Source of the DNA: Methanothermobacter thermautotrophicus str. Delta H
GTDB taxonomy: Archaea > Methanobacteriota > Methanobacteria > Methanobacteriales > Methanothermobacteraceae
DNA: 32,000 nucleotides
Direction: 5' to 3'
NCBI RefSeq assembly: GCF_000008645.1
Contig: NC_000916.1
Location: 780,001-812,000 of the forward strand
Part shown: one piece after another, positions 1 through 8,829 of the stretch
Layout: the number at the start of each line of letters is the position of its first letter
Numbering within the stretch: position 1 is the stretch's first letter
Position numbers and translations under genes: made by a program
Notes under the pieces: model-generated
What the model was told of the DNA's origin: nothing
The model's input: the letters and a program-made list of their open reading frames with translations, nothing else
The model's database searches: none

Positions 1-2
1 TC

Positions 3-314
3 GATGAACTCATAGAGGATATCCGGAATGGTGTCTACCTGAGGGGTTCAAGGGGGGGCCAGGTGGATACCGGTAAGGGCATCTTCCAGTTCAATGCTGC
101 TGAGTCATTCCGTATACAGGATGGTGAAATTGCAGAACCCGTCAAGGATGTCTCCCTCTCAGGAAACGTCCTGGAGACCCTCAAAAATGTTGACGGGGTT
201 GGTTCAGACTTCAGGCTGGGGATTGGCTTCTGCGGGAAATCCGGGCAGAGCGTCCCTGTGGGCGATGGGGGCCCCCACGTGAGGATAAGGAATGCCATGG
301 TGGGTGGAACATGA
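3..314 (+). CDS. TldD/PmbA family protein, C-terminal fragment (5' end outside window)
   Basis: Open frame from the window edge; residues GxxxTGxFxFxxxxxFRIxxG and LLxTLKxVDGVGxDF-like C-terminus typical of TldD/PmbA ([38 protein letters not shown]). Stop overlaps the next ATG (ATGA at 311-314). Confidence 0.85.
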   Translation, partial: DELIEDIRNGVYLRGSRGGQVDTGKGIFQFNAAESFRIQDGEIAEPVKDVSLSGNVLETLKNVDGVGSDFRLGIGFCGKSGQSVPVGDGGPHVRIRNAMVGGT

Positions 315-889
315 AGTACGCGCCATTATCCCGGGATGAAGGTAGAACTCTTGTTAAAATCGCGAGGATGGCCATAGAGGAGCACCTGCGTGGATCAAAA
401 AACCTCAGACTCCCTGATGATCTCCCTGATGTTTTCAGGCAAAGAAGAGGAGTTTTCGTTACACTTGAGAAGAAAGGGAATCTGAGGGGATGTATAGGTT
501 ATCCAGAACCGGTGAAACCCCTGATAGATGCCCTTATTGAGGCCGCCATATCTGCTGCGACAGGTGACCCCAGATTTCCCCCTGTTAAACCTGAGGAGCT
601 CGATGATATAGATGTTGAGGTCAGTGTACTGACACCACCGGAGCCCCTTGAGGTTGAAAGCCCGGCAGATTACCCCAGCCTCATAAGGGTCGGTGTCGAC
701 GGTCTGATCGTTGAGAGGGGATGGGCCAGGGGACTTCTCCTTCCACAGGTCGCCACGGAGTGGGGCTGGGACGCTGAGGAGTTCCTCTGCAACACATGTA
801 TGAAGGCGGGTCTTCCGCCAGACTGCTTCTATGACCCTGAAACCAGAGTCTACAGGTTCCAGGCCCAGATATTCCATGAAGATGGTTAA
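311..889 (+). CDS. AMMECR1 domain protein
   Basis: 192 aa ORF with the hallmark LRGCIGY motif and downstream [25 protein letters not shown]. Confidence 0.93.
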   Translation: MKYAPLSRDEGRTLVKIARMAIEEHLRGSKNLRLPDDLPDVFRQRRGVFVTLEKKGNLRGCIGYPEPVKPLIDALIEAAISAATGDPRFPPVKPEELDDIDVEVSVLTPPEPLEVESPADYPSLIRVGVDGLIVERGWARGLLLPQVATEWGWDAEEFLCNTCMKAGLPPDCFYDPETRVYRFQAQIFHEDG

Positions 890-990
890 AGTTCATGCTG
901 AAGCTAACTGCTCATGAGGGGATTAAAGATATCTCCGCACATCAAGATAAATAGATCCACAGAAGTTACAGGTTTAATGAGAGTGATTTT

Positions 991-2001
991 ATGATCATAC
1001 CCACAGTTCCAACAACAGATGAACTTCTTGATAAGGGATTCCGGAGGGCCAGGAAGGCCGCGTCCCTTAAACGGAGTTCAAAGATTCCTGGCCAGAAGAA
1101 GGCCAAGGTTATTGAGTCAACACGTGTCCAGACAGCATGTCAGGTCATAAGGGACCGGTTGAAGATGATAATCCAGAGAATACCTGATATAGAGTCCCTT
1201 CCAGAGTTCTACCAGGACTATATAGACGTGACCGTGGGGGTCGATGAACTCAAAAAATCCCTCGGGGCACTTAACTGGGCTGTTGGAATACTTAACCAGC
1301 TGGAATCTGATTACATGGCCCGTATAAAACGTTCAAAACCGTCTGATGCATCCCATCTGAGGCGGGAGGCCTTCGGCAGGATATCATCAGTGATAAAGAG
1401 GATCGAGGGCGACCTTGATTTTCTTGACTTTGCAAAGAATAAGTTGAGAAACATGCCCACAGTGGACCTTGACGCCTTCACGGTCGTTATAGCAGGCTTC
1501 CCCAACGTTGGAAAATCCACACTCCTCAGGACCCTCACCGGTGCAGAGCCTGAGGTGGCAGATTACCCCTTCACCACCAAGGGGATCCAGATAGGTCACC
1601 TTGAGCGGAAATGGAAGAGGATACAGGTTATAGACACACCGGGGCTCCTGGACAGACCGGTTGAGGATATGAACAACATAGAACTCCAGGCCATGGTTGC
1701 CCTTGAGAACATAGCAGATGTGATAATGTTCATCTTTGACGCCTCTGAAACATGTGGATACACCCTTGAAAGCCAGTACAGCCTTTACCTCGGCATAAGG
1801 AGCGTCTTTGACATCCCTGTGGTCACGGTCTTCAACAAGATGGATCTTGCAGAAAATGTTAAGTATCTGGAAGAATATATTAATATGGTTGAAGATCCAC
1901 TGAAAGTTTCTGCATTCGAGGGCAGAGGGGTCTCCAAGATAATAAAAAAACTGGAGGGGTTATATGAAAAAGAAACTCGAGAAGCCCATGACAATGTTTG
2001 A
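991..2001 (+). CDS. Nog1-like/OBG-family GTP-binding protein
   Basis: 336 aa; G1 [10 protein letters not shown]3 DTPG, G4 NKMD; N-terminal helical region as in archaeal Nog1-like proteins. Confidence 0.9.
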   Translation: MIIPTVPTTDELLDKGFRRARKAASLKRSSKIPGQKKAKVIESTRVQTACQVIRDRLKMIIQRIPDIESLPEFYQDYIDVTVGVDELKKSLGALNWAVGILNQLESDYMARIKRSKPSDASHLRREAFGRISSVIKRIEGDLDFLDFAKNKLRNMPTVDLDAFTVVIAGFPNVGKSTLLRTLTGAEPEVADYPFTTKGIQIGHLERKWKRIQVIDTPGLLDRPVEDMNNIELQAMVALENIADVIMFIFDASETCGYTLESQYSLYLGIRSVFDIPVVTVFNKMDLAENVKYLEEYINMVEDPLKVSAFEGRGVSKIIKKLEGLYEKETREAHDNV

Positions 2002-2431
2002 GAAAAGAAGGCTGATGGCTGAGAAGATGATGGAAGACATGATAAAGAACATGAGGGAGATGCAGAAAGAGTTCGAGAAGAAAATCGCAGAGTACGCAGA
2101 GAACATACCTGAAAAACTCAGCATGGACGTCATGGAAACAGATGATGCCATAATCATCAAAACCGACCTTCCAGGTGTTAAGAAGGAGGACATCAACATA
2201 GAACTGACCGAAAACACCATATCCATATCAGCAGTCTTTGAGGAGGAAGTCGAAATCAAAGAGGCTGATTTCATCAAGAAGGAAAGGAAGTACGGTGAAG
2301 CAAAAAGGGAGATGAGGCTACCTGAAAAGATCAGGGTTGAAGATGCCAGTGCAAAGTTTGAAAACGGTGTCCTCACAGTTGAACTTCCAAAGGTTGAGGT
2401 CAAGAAGAAACAGACCTTAAAGGTGGAATAA
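1964..2431 (+). CDS. Hsp20/alpha-crystallin small heat-shock protein
   Basis: 155 aa; [22 protein letters not shown]...[10 protein letters not shown] is the alpha-crystallin core. The start at 1964 has a good SD (GGAGGGG, 5 nt spacing) and overlaps the GTPase by 38 nt. Confidence 0.93.
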   Translation: MKKKLEKPMTMFEKRRLMAEKMMEDMIKNMREMQKEFEKKIAEYAENIPEKLSMDVMETDDAIIIKTDLPGVKKEDINIELTENTISISAVFEEEVEIKEADFIKKERKYGEAKREMRLPEKIRVEDASAKFENGVLTVELPKVEVKKKQTLKVE

Positions 2432-2741
2432 AACCACCAAACTCATTTTTTCAGGAAAACCCGTGCAAAAAGCGAAGGTTGAAGGGAACCCGCCAGCAGT
2501 TCATCTGGAGATCATATTAACTGCTCACTGACCCTCCTAATTTTACAGTTCACCTAGGATATAAGGAAACAGCTCTATAGAAATCACACAGAAGCCCCCC
2601 AGCGGGGTACATCCAGCAGGATATGGGAAAAATCTATAGAAATAACCCTCACACTGGCATCATACCCCTAACAACCATTTACAGGATCGTGAGTTCTCTG
2701 AATAGTTTTAGGCTATGGCCTGGTCTCAGATCTTCTTCATC

Positions 2742-2834
2742 GGATGCCGTCTAACGTGCATCTGTGTTCTTCACCTCAGATAGCAGAGTGAGAGCCCCTA
2801 GTTATGGATACCGTCTAACGTGCATCTGTGTTCT
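2742..2834. repeat. Two-copy 29-nt direct repeat separated by 35 nt
   Basis: 2742-2770 GGATGCCGTCTAACGTGCATCTGTGTTCT and 2806-2834 GGATACCGTCTAACGTGCATCTGTGTTCT, 28/29 identical, in a non-coding gap. Confidence 0.9.
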
Positions 2835-2894
2835 CTGAAGCAGAACATTGGGGTCAGTACTGCTGGTCCTGCCAAAAAAATGTGCTGGATGGGG

Positions 2895-3899
2895 CTAGTA
2901 TCTCACCTTACCTATGTGCCTGGTACTGCCTGGGTCCTCCCCGTTGAAATGGGCGAGGTAGTACACGAACCATTCGAGGGGAACTGCAAGTACAAAGGGT
3001 GACATGAGCCCGTTAAGGTCAGAGTAATCTGACATCCGGAATACAAGGTTCTCAGCGCCCAGCTTCTCACAGAAACGCAGGGCCCTCTCTGTCAGCTCAT
3101 CACCTGGCAGCCCAGATTCAAGGAATATAACCGGGACCCCCTCCTCAACCCTTTCAATGAGTCCGTGTCTGAATTCTCCAGAATAGAGTGGACAGGAATG
3201 CTTCAGGGCACCCTCCATGAGCATCGTCATTGCGAGTTTGTAGGCCAGTCCATAGTTAGGACCGCTCCCCATACAGTAGAATATATCCTCACCGGAATAT
3301 TCCTCTGCAAGATCCCTGCACTCAACCTCTGTTCTCCTCAGCAGATCCTCAACCTCACCGGGTAGTTTCTCAAGTTCTCCCATTATCTCATCCGATTTTT
3401 CATCACTGTACATCCCGAAGAGTATCCTGTAGAGGGCCAGGAGCTGTGTCATGTAGGTCTTGGTGCCAAGTATTGCCTCCTCACGTCCGCATCGGGTCAC
3501 TATGGTCTCCATGGATTCAGATGCCATGGTGCTGCCGGGTTCATTGGTTATGGTAACGGTTCTGAGTCCGAGTTCATTCGCCCTCCTGAGTGCTGCGAGG
3601 GTATCCGCGGTCTCACCCGACTGTGAGGTGAATATGACTGCAGAGTCACTGTAATCAATCTGTCTGTGATAGTAGAACTCATAGCCAGTCATAACATCCA
3701 TGTTGACCTCATAGTTCATGGCGATTGCATCCCTTGCACTGTAACAGGTTGAAAGTGAGCTGCCACACCCAACAAGGTATATACGTCTGCATTCCAGTAT
3801 TTCATTGGATATACGTGCCATTCTGTCCCCTTCAGACTTCAGGGTCCTCCTAAGAGACTCTGGCTGCTCCATGAGTTCATTGAACATCCCATACTTCAT
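2895..3899 (-). CDS. SIS-domain sugar isomerase (GlmS isomerase-domain-like, no glutaminase domain)
   Basis: 334 aa; [32 protein letters not shown], and a second SIS module ([30 protein letters not shown]...EFRHGLIE). Confidence 0.88.
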   Translation of the reverse strand: MKYGMFNELMEQPESLRRTLKSEGDRMARISNEILECRRIYLVGCGSSLSTCYSARDAIAMNYEVNMDVMTGYEFYYHRQIDYSDSAVIFTSQSGETADTLAALRRANELGLRTVTITNEPGSTMASESMETIVTRCGREEAILGTKTYMTQLLALYRILFGMYSDEKSDEIMGELEKLPGEVEDLLRRTEVECRDLAEEYSGEDIFYCMGSGPNYGLAYKLAMTMLMEGALKHSCPLYSGEFRHGLIERVEEGVPVIFLESGLPGDELTERALRFCEKLGAENLVFRMSDYSDLNGLMSPFVLAVPLEWFVYYLAHFNGEDPGSTRHIGKVRY

Positions 3900-4468
3900 C
3901 TTGTATCCCCCTTTAAACTTTTATATTTCCTGAGTATCTTGATAGCAAGCTCTGCAACTTCAACAGCATCCCTGCCGGTGAGTACTATCATGGGCTCCTT
4001 ACCCCATGCCCCCCTGTGGTATATGACGTCTGGAGGGGACTCTGAGTTCCTGAGGGCCTCCTCAACACCCCATGGTATGCTGCCTCCCTCAGTATCCCTC
4101 ACACTGTCGGGTTCCCTGCTGCGGTCATAGGATGAGACCACAAGACCCATATCCTCACATATACTGATTATACTCTCATCAAATTTAATATTAAGTGCAC
4201 TTCTTCTCCCCGGGAGGTGTTCATTAAGGGCTATTATGAAGCGGGCCATGTGCGAGGAAGCCCCGTATTCAGGGTCGCGGCACGCGAAGGCCCTTCCCTG
4301 AAACTCAGTGATCCTCCCCGGGACCGCAACAACATCCTCTGGACCGCAGGGATTACTCCTCGCCATTACAATATTTGACCTCACCTCAGGTATGAGGATT
4401 CCAAAGTCCTCTGCAGAGGAGATCATCTCAAGAGCCCTTCTAACATTTTCTATCTCCATGATCATCAC
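3896..4468 (-). CDS. ThiN-domain protein (archaeal thiamine-phosphate synthase-type domain), stand-alone
   Basis: 190 aa; resembles the ThiN domain usually found as the C-terminal half of ThiD-ThiN ([12 protein letters not shown]..., [58 protein letters not shown]). Overlaps the SIS gene by 4 nt. Confidence 0.8.
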   Translation of the reverse strand: MMIMEIENVRRALEMISSAEDFGILIPEVRSNIVMARSNPCGPEDVVAVPGRITEFQGRAFACRDPEYGASSHMARFIIALNEHLPGRRSALNIKFDESIISICEDMGLVVSSYDRSREPDSVRDTEGGSIPWGVEEALRNSESPPDVIYHRGAWGKEPMIVLTGRDAVEVAELAIKILRKYKSLKGDTR

Positions 4469-4541
4469 TCAAGAGAATATTTACAGTAAGAAAAGTTATA
4501 TGTGGATCAGTAATTTATAATTATAATCTTGAGGTGTTCAC

Positions 4542-5003
4542 ATGGAGAAGTTAAAGGAATTCAGGGGTATAAAGGAGCATCTCGGTGTATTCCGGGAGGC
4601 AGTTAAGGATGCTGAGAGAATAGGCTTTGCAGGAGTTCCCGGGGTATGCACACCCTTCGCCCAGCTATTCGCATACGCTGTGCGGGACAAGGATAACATA
4701 TTCATACCCAATACAGATTTCAGTAAGGCCAGAAAGCTCGAAGTAACTGAATATGGTGTTGAACTCGGCGAAATAAGCCCTGGGAATGTGGACGTTCTTG
4801 TACTCCTCGGGGGCCTCTCAATGCCAGGTATAGGCTCAGACATCGAGGATGTTAAAAAACTGGTTGAAGATGCCCTGGAAGAAGGAGGAGAGCTTATGGG
4901 GCTCTGCTACATGGACATGTTCGCCAGGGCTGGCTGGTACGAGCTCCTTGACTTTGACTGTGTTATCAATGCAGACATAGATGGTTACGTCCTCAGGGGC
5001 TGA
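4542..5003 (+). CDS. DUF2124 family protein
   Basis: 153 aa ORF, start supported by position; sequence as remembered for the MTH862-type family. Confidence 0.75.
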   Translation: MEKLKEFRGIKEHLGVFREAVKDAERIGFAGVPGVCTPFAQLFAYAVRDKDNIFIPNTDFSKARKLEVTEYGVELGEISPGNVDVLVLLGGLSMPGIGSDIEDVKKLVEDALEEGGELMGLCYMDMFARAGWYELLDFDCVINADIDGYVLRG

Positions 5004-5684
<681 letters not shown>

Positions 5685-5792
5685 GATTGCTGCCCCATGA
5701 AAAGTAACTAACCCCTATCAGGGCACGAGAACATCCACAAATTCAAATATAACTATTGTTTATTAGAAATATATACTAAACCGTCATTAAAA

Positions 5793-5850
5793 TGTACTAA
5801 GTACAGTTTTATACACAAATATGACTTAAAAGGTCAAGAAAGAAACCTTT
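5793..5850. promoter_or_regulatory. Putative promoter/operator region of the 5879 winged-helix gene
   Basis: Inverted repeats TGTAC-TAA-GTACA (5793-5805) and AAAGGT...ACCTTT (5829-5850) flanking an AT-rich TATA-like stretch (GTTTTATACAC, 5806-5815). Confidence 0.4.
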
Positions 5851-5878
5851 AATACTATCTAAATCAATAAAATAATTT

Positions 5879-6631
5879 ATGGAAAATCTAAATAAAATGG
5901 ATAATCCTGAATTCTATGATGCCCGAATGAAATTAGAAGCTATACATCAGGATATCAAGCGTTTGATGGAAAAATCTAATCAAGAATACCTTGATTTAAT
6001 GCTAAGCAACTTAAAAAAGGATATTTTGAATTCAGTATCTGTTTATATTTCTGATGATATTGAAAATGATTTAGAACAAAATATGGTTAATCCCTGTAAG
6101 ATGCGGGAAACCTGTAAAGAGAAATTTAACGGATTTCTACAAAATAATTCTAAACTTATAAAACAGGAACATGTTTCCAAAGAAATTATAGAAGAGAAAA
6201 GAGAGGAATTAGATGAAATAAGGAAAAGTGCTCCTTTTGATAAATGTGATATTTGTTTTAAGGAAGTAGACTCACTATTTGATAAGCAAATAAATCTAAT
6301 TGGCTCTCTACAAATATATGACAATAATAAAGAGGATAAAACTGAGATATCTTCTATTCCTGAAGAAATTATGGTTAAGAGTGTTCTTGAACCTATTTCT
6401 AATAAACAGAGACTTCAAATTCTTAAATCTATGGCCTCTGAAACCATGACATTCACTGCTCTTTCAGAACTTACAGGGCTTCGTGGTGGTAATTTACTTT
6501 TCCACATACAAAAATTACTTGAAAGTGACTTGATATTGCAGCGTCATGAACGTGGAGATTATATGATTACTGAAAAAGGATATAATCTACTCATAATGCT
6601 CAGTAATTTTAAAAAATATTTGAAAAAATAA
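5879..6631 (+). CDS. Winged-helix (ArsR-like) transcriptional regulator with Cys-containing N-terminal region
   Basis: 250 aa in AT-rich DNA; C-terminal LEPISNKQRLQILKSMASETMTFTALSELTGLRGGNLLFHIQKLLESDLILQRHERGDYMITEKG is a wHTH; upstream cysteines in PCKMRETC and KCDIC. Confidence 0.75.
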   Translation: MENLNKMDNPEFYDARMKLEAIHQDIKRLMEKSNQEYLDLMLSNLKKDILNSVSVYISDDIENDLEQNMVNPCKMRETCKEKFNGFLQNNSKLIKQEHVSKEIIEEKREELDEIRKSAPFDKCDICFKEVDSLFDKQINLIGSLQIYDNNKEDKTEISSIPEEIMVKSVLEPISNKQRLQILKSMASETMTFTALSELTGLRGGNLLFHIQKLLESDLILQRHERGDYMITEKGYNLLIMLSNFKKYLKK

Positions 6632-6649
6632 TCGTTTCAGAACTATTAT

Positions 6650-6682
6650 CCCCTCCGGTTGAACTATTGAAAACTGGAGGGG
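6650..6682. terminator. GC-rich hairpin between convergent genes
   Basis: CCCCTCCGGTT (6650-6660) pairs with AACTGGAGGGG (6672-6682), 11 bp with one G.U, 11-nt loop, in very AT-rich sequence. Confidence 0.6.
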
Positions 6683-6767
6683 GGGCATTCTTAAAATCAA
6701 TTGAAAATTATTGATTGTTTAATATTTAATCTGTAGTGAAAGCAGTAGGACTTAATATTACTGCAAA

Positions 6768-6881
6768 TTATTCTATTTTTCCAGCAAAATAATCTAACCA
6801 AACGCACATACATTCATTATATGACGGACATTCAGTACAACGGGACTTATGCTTATTTTCTTTACTATTGGGCTTATCCAT
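6768..6881 (-). CDS. Small Cys-rich protein (37 aa), DUF2769-like, absent from the supplied ORF track
   Basis: MDKPNSKENKHKSRCTECPSYNECMCVWLDYFAGKIE; ATG preceded by GGAG at proper spacing; Cys pattern CxxC-x5-CxC. Confidence 0.65.
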   Translation of the reverse strand: MDKPNSKENKHKSRCTECPSYNECMCVWLDYFAGKIE

Positions 6882-6970
6882 TTTAATTTCTCCATTAAAA
6901 CCTATTATAAGATAATAATTAATTATCCTTAAAAAAGAAAAGAAAGAAAAAGTAGGAAGTCGATTTTGGC

Positions 6971-7216
6971 TTATAATCCTGCTTTGTTCACTATAGTATC
7001 TGCAACTTCTTCAGCACTTTTAAATGGAAAATCATCAGCAGTAAGTACTTGTCCAGCATCAGATGCTTTTAATTCTACATCTCCAGATTTACAAGTAGTA
7101 TCTGGACCGTTTGGAAGCGCTGCCATTAGTTCTTCTGGTGAATTTATTGGGAAATCGGCTCCTGCTAATGCTCCTATAATTTGTCCACGAATATCTTCTT
7201 TAACTCCCATTTTCAC
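6971..7216 (-). CDS. MTH865-like family protein
   Basis: 79-81 aa; PINSPEELMAALPNGPDTTCKSGDVELKASDAGQVLTADDFPFKSAEEVADTIV matches my recollection of the structurally solved MTH865. The GGAG SD fits the ATG ending at 7210 better than the GTG ending at 7216. Confidence 0.8.
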   Translation of the reverse strand: MKMGVKEDIRGQIIGALAGADFPINSPEELMAALPNGPDTTCKSGDVELKASDAGQVLTADDFPFKSAEEVADTIVNKAGL

Positions 7217-8829
7217 ATCTCCATTAAGTTTTTAATTTCAAATTTCTCAACATCAAAGAGACCCCTATCCCCTATCTTCAGCCGGGGGATGACGAGGAGC
7301 GAGAGGAAGGACATGGTCATGAAGGGTGCGCTGAGACGTGACCCGAGCTGTTCAGTGAAAGTGTTGAGGTTCTCAAATCCATCTGCAACCTCAAATACAT
7401 CCCCATCTGACATCAGACCTGCCACAGGAAGCTGAAGGACCCTGTGATCATCCCCTGAGACCGCCACAAGACCCCCTCCTGCTTTTTTAAGTATATCAAC
7501 CGCCCTCTTCATCAGCTCAGGATCCACTCCCACCACGATCAGGTTGTGTGAGTCATGGGCAACTGTTGATGCTATTGCCCCCTCCTGGAGGCCGAATCCA
7601 TGAACGAAGCCGCTGGAGATATTACCCCTCCCGTACCTGTCAAGGACAGATACCCTGAGGATATCTGAGGACGTGTCAGCCTGCACGGTGCCGTCCTCAA
7701 CTTCCAGGGTTGCAATTAGCTCTTCAGTTATGAGCTGGCCGTCCAGTACATCTATGACCCTCACAGTGGCTTCATCACCCTCAGCCCTGATATTCAATCT
7801 CTCAACTGGAAAATCAGGCACTTCAAGTTTCCTGGGGGGTGCCCTGGTTCCCCCGGATCTCCTGATGAGGTATCTGCCCCTATCCGCCACAGGTCTACCA
7901 TCTATGTAGACCCTCTTAACGTTGAAGTCCCTGAGGCTGTCAACCACCACGAAGTCAGCATCCCATCCAGGCGCTATTGCCCCTGTGCTGAGGCCGTAGT
8001 GCTCCGCAGGGTTTATGGTGACCATCTGCACAGCGCTTACAGGGTCAATACCGTAATCGACCGCCCTCCTGAGTATCCTGTCCATGTGCCCCTCCAGCAG
8101 GTCGGCGGGGTGGATGTCATCGGATACCAGGAAGTCACACCCTGCAGCGGCAAGGTCCCGGAGGTTCCTCGCGCTTGATCCCTCACGTGCCATTATCTTC
8201 ATTCCAAGTCTCCTCTTCTCAAGGACCTCCTCGGGGCTCACACATTCGTGGTCAGTGGATATCCCCGCCCCTATGTAGGTGCACAGTTCATCCCCTGAGA
8301 GGAGGGGGGCATGTCCATCAACAGGCATGTTAAGGTCCCTTGCAGCCTTTATCTTAGCCATGACCCCATCATCACCGGCTATGACTGCCGGGAAGTTCAT
8401 CATCTCGCCTAGGGCCACCACTGAATCCATTCTGAGTAGTTCCTCTATCCCCCTCGCTGTGATCTCTGCCCCGGCAGTTTCAAAGGGGGTTGCGGGTACA
8501 CATGATGGTGCTGTGAAGTAGAATTTCATTGGTGTCGCTGCAGCATCATCTATCATGAACCTCACACCATCCACGCCCATGACGTTTGCTATCTCATGGG
8601 GGTCCGATATGGCTGAGACAGTGCCATGGGGTATGGCTGCCGCTGCAAATGAGGAGGGTATGAGCATTGAACTCTCAATGTGGAGGTGGGCGTCTATGAA
8701 GCCGGGGATGATTATATCAGAAAAGTTTCCGCTGATGCTTCGAACACACCTCACCCTTCCACCGGCCACCTCTATCTCAGCCGGGTAGATGTCGCCGGTG
8801 AAGACGTTGAGGATGTTCCCACTTATCAT
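7213..8829 (-). CDS. ade: Adenine deaminase
   Basis: 538 aa; amidohydrolase metal motif DAHLHIESS, GHAPLLSGDELCTYIGAGISTDHECVSPEEVLEKRRLGMKIMAREGS, SDDIHP. Confidence 0.95.
   Translation of the reverse strand: MISGNILNVFTGDIYPAEIEVAGGRVRCVRSISGNFSDIIIPGFIDAHLHIESSMLIPSSFAAAAIPHGTVSAISDPHEIANVMGVDGVRFMIDDAAATPMKFYFTAPSCVPATPFETAGAEITARGIEELLRMDSVVALGEMMNFPAVIAGDDGVMAKIKAARDLNMPVDGHAPLLSGDELCTYIGAGISTDHECVSPEEVLEKRRLGMKIMAREGSSARNLRDLAAAGCDFLVSDDIHPADLLEGHMDRILRRAVDYGIDPVSAVQMVTINPAEHYGLSTGAIAPGWDADFVVVDSLRDFNVKRVYIDGRPVADRGRYLIRRSGGTRAPPRKLEVPDFPVERLNIRAEGDEATVRVIDVLDGQLITEELIATLEVEDGTVQADTSSDILRVSVLDRYGRGNISSGFVHGFGLQEGAIASTVAHDSHNLIVVGVDPELMKRAVDILKKAGGGLVAVSGDDHRVLQLPVAGLMSDGDVFEVADGFENLNTFTEQLGSRLSAPFMTMSFLSLLVIPRLKIGDRGLFDVEKFEIKNLMEM

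Noticed and set aside
1960-2403. 147-aa minus-strand ORF opposite Hsp20
   Set aside because: Ser/Met/Ile-rich shadow ORF; the opposite strand encodes a recognisable alpha-crystallin domain.
2742-2834. Possible CRISPR mini-array (29-nt repeats, 35-nt spacer)
   Set aside because: Only two copies, no further unit at the same period on either side, no cas genes in the window, and the repeat does not resemble the Methanothermobacter CRISPR repeats I recall. Kept as a plain direct repeat.
2820-3002. 60-aa plus-strand ORF over the repeat region and the end of the SIS gene
   Set aside because: No SD, starts within a repeat, and overlaps the SIS-domain gene in antisense.
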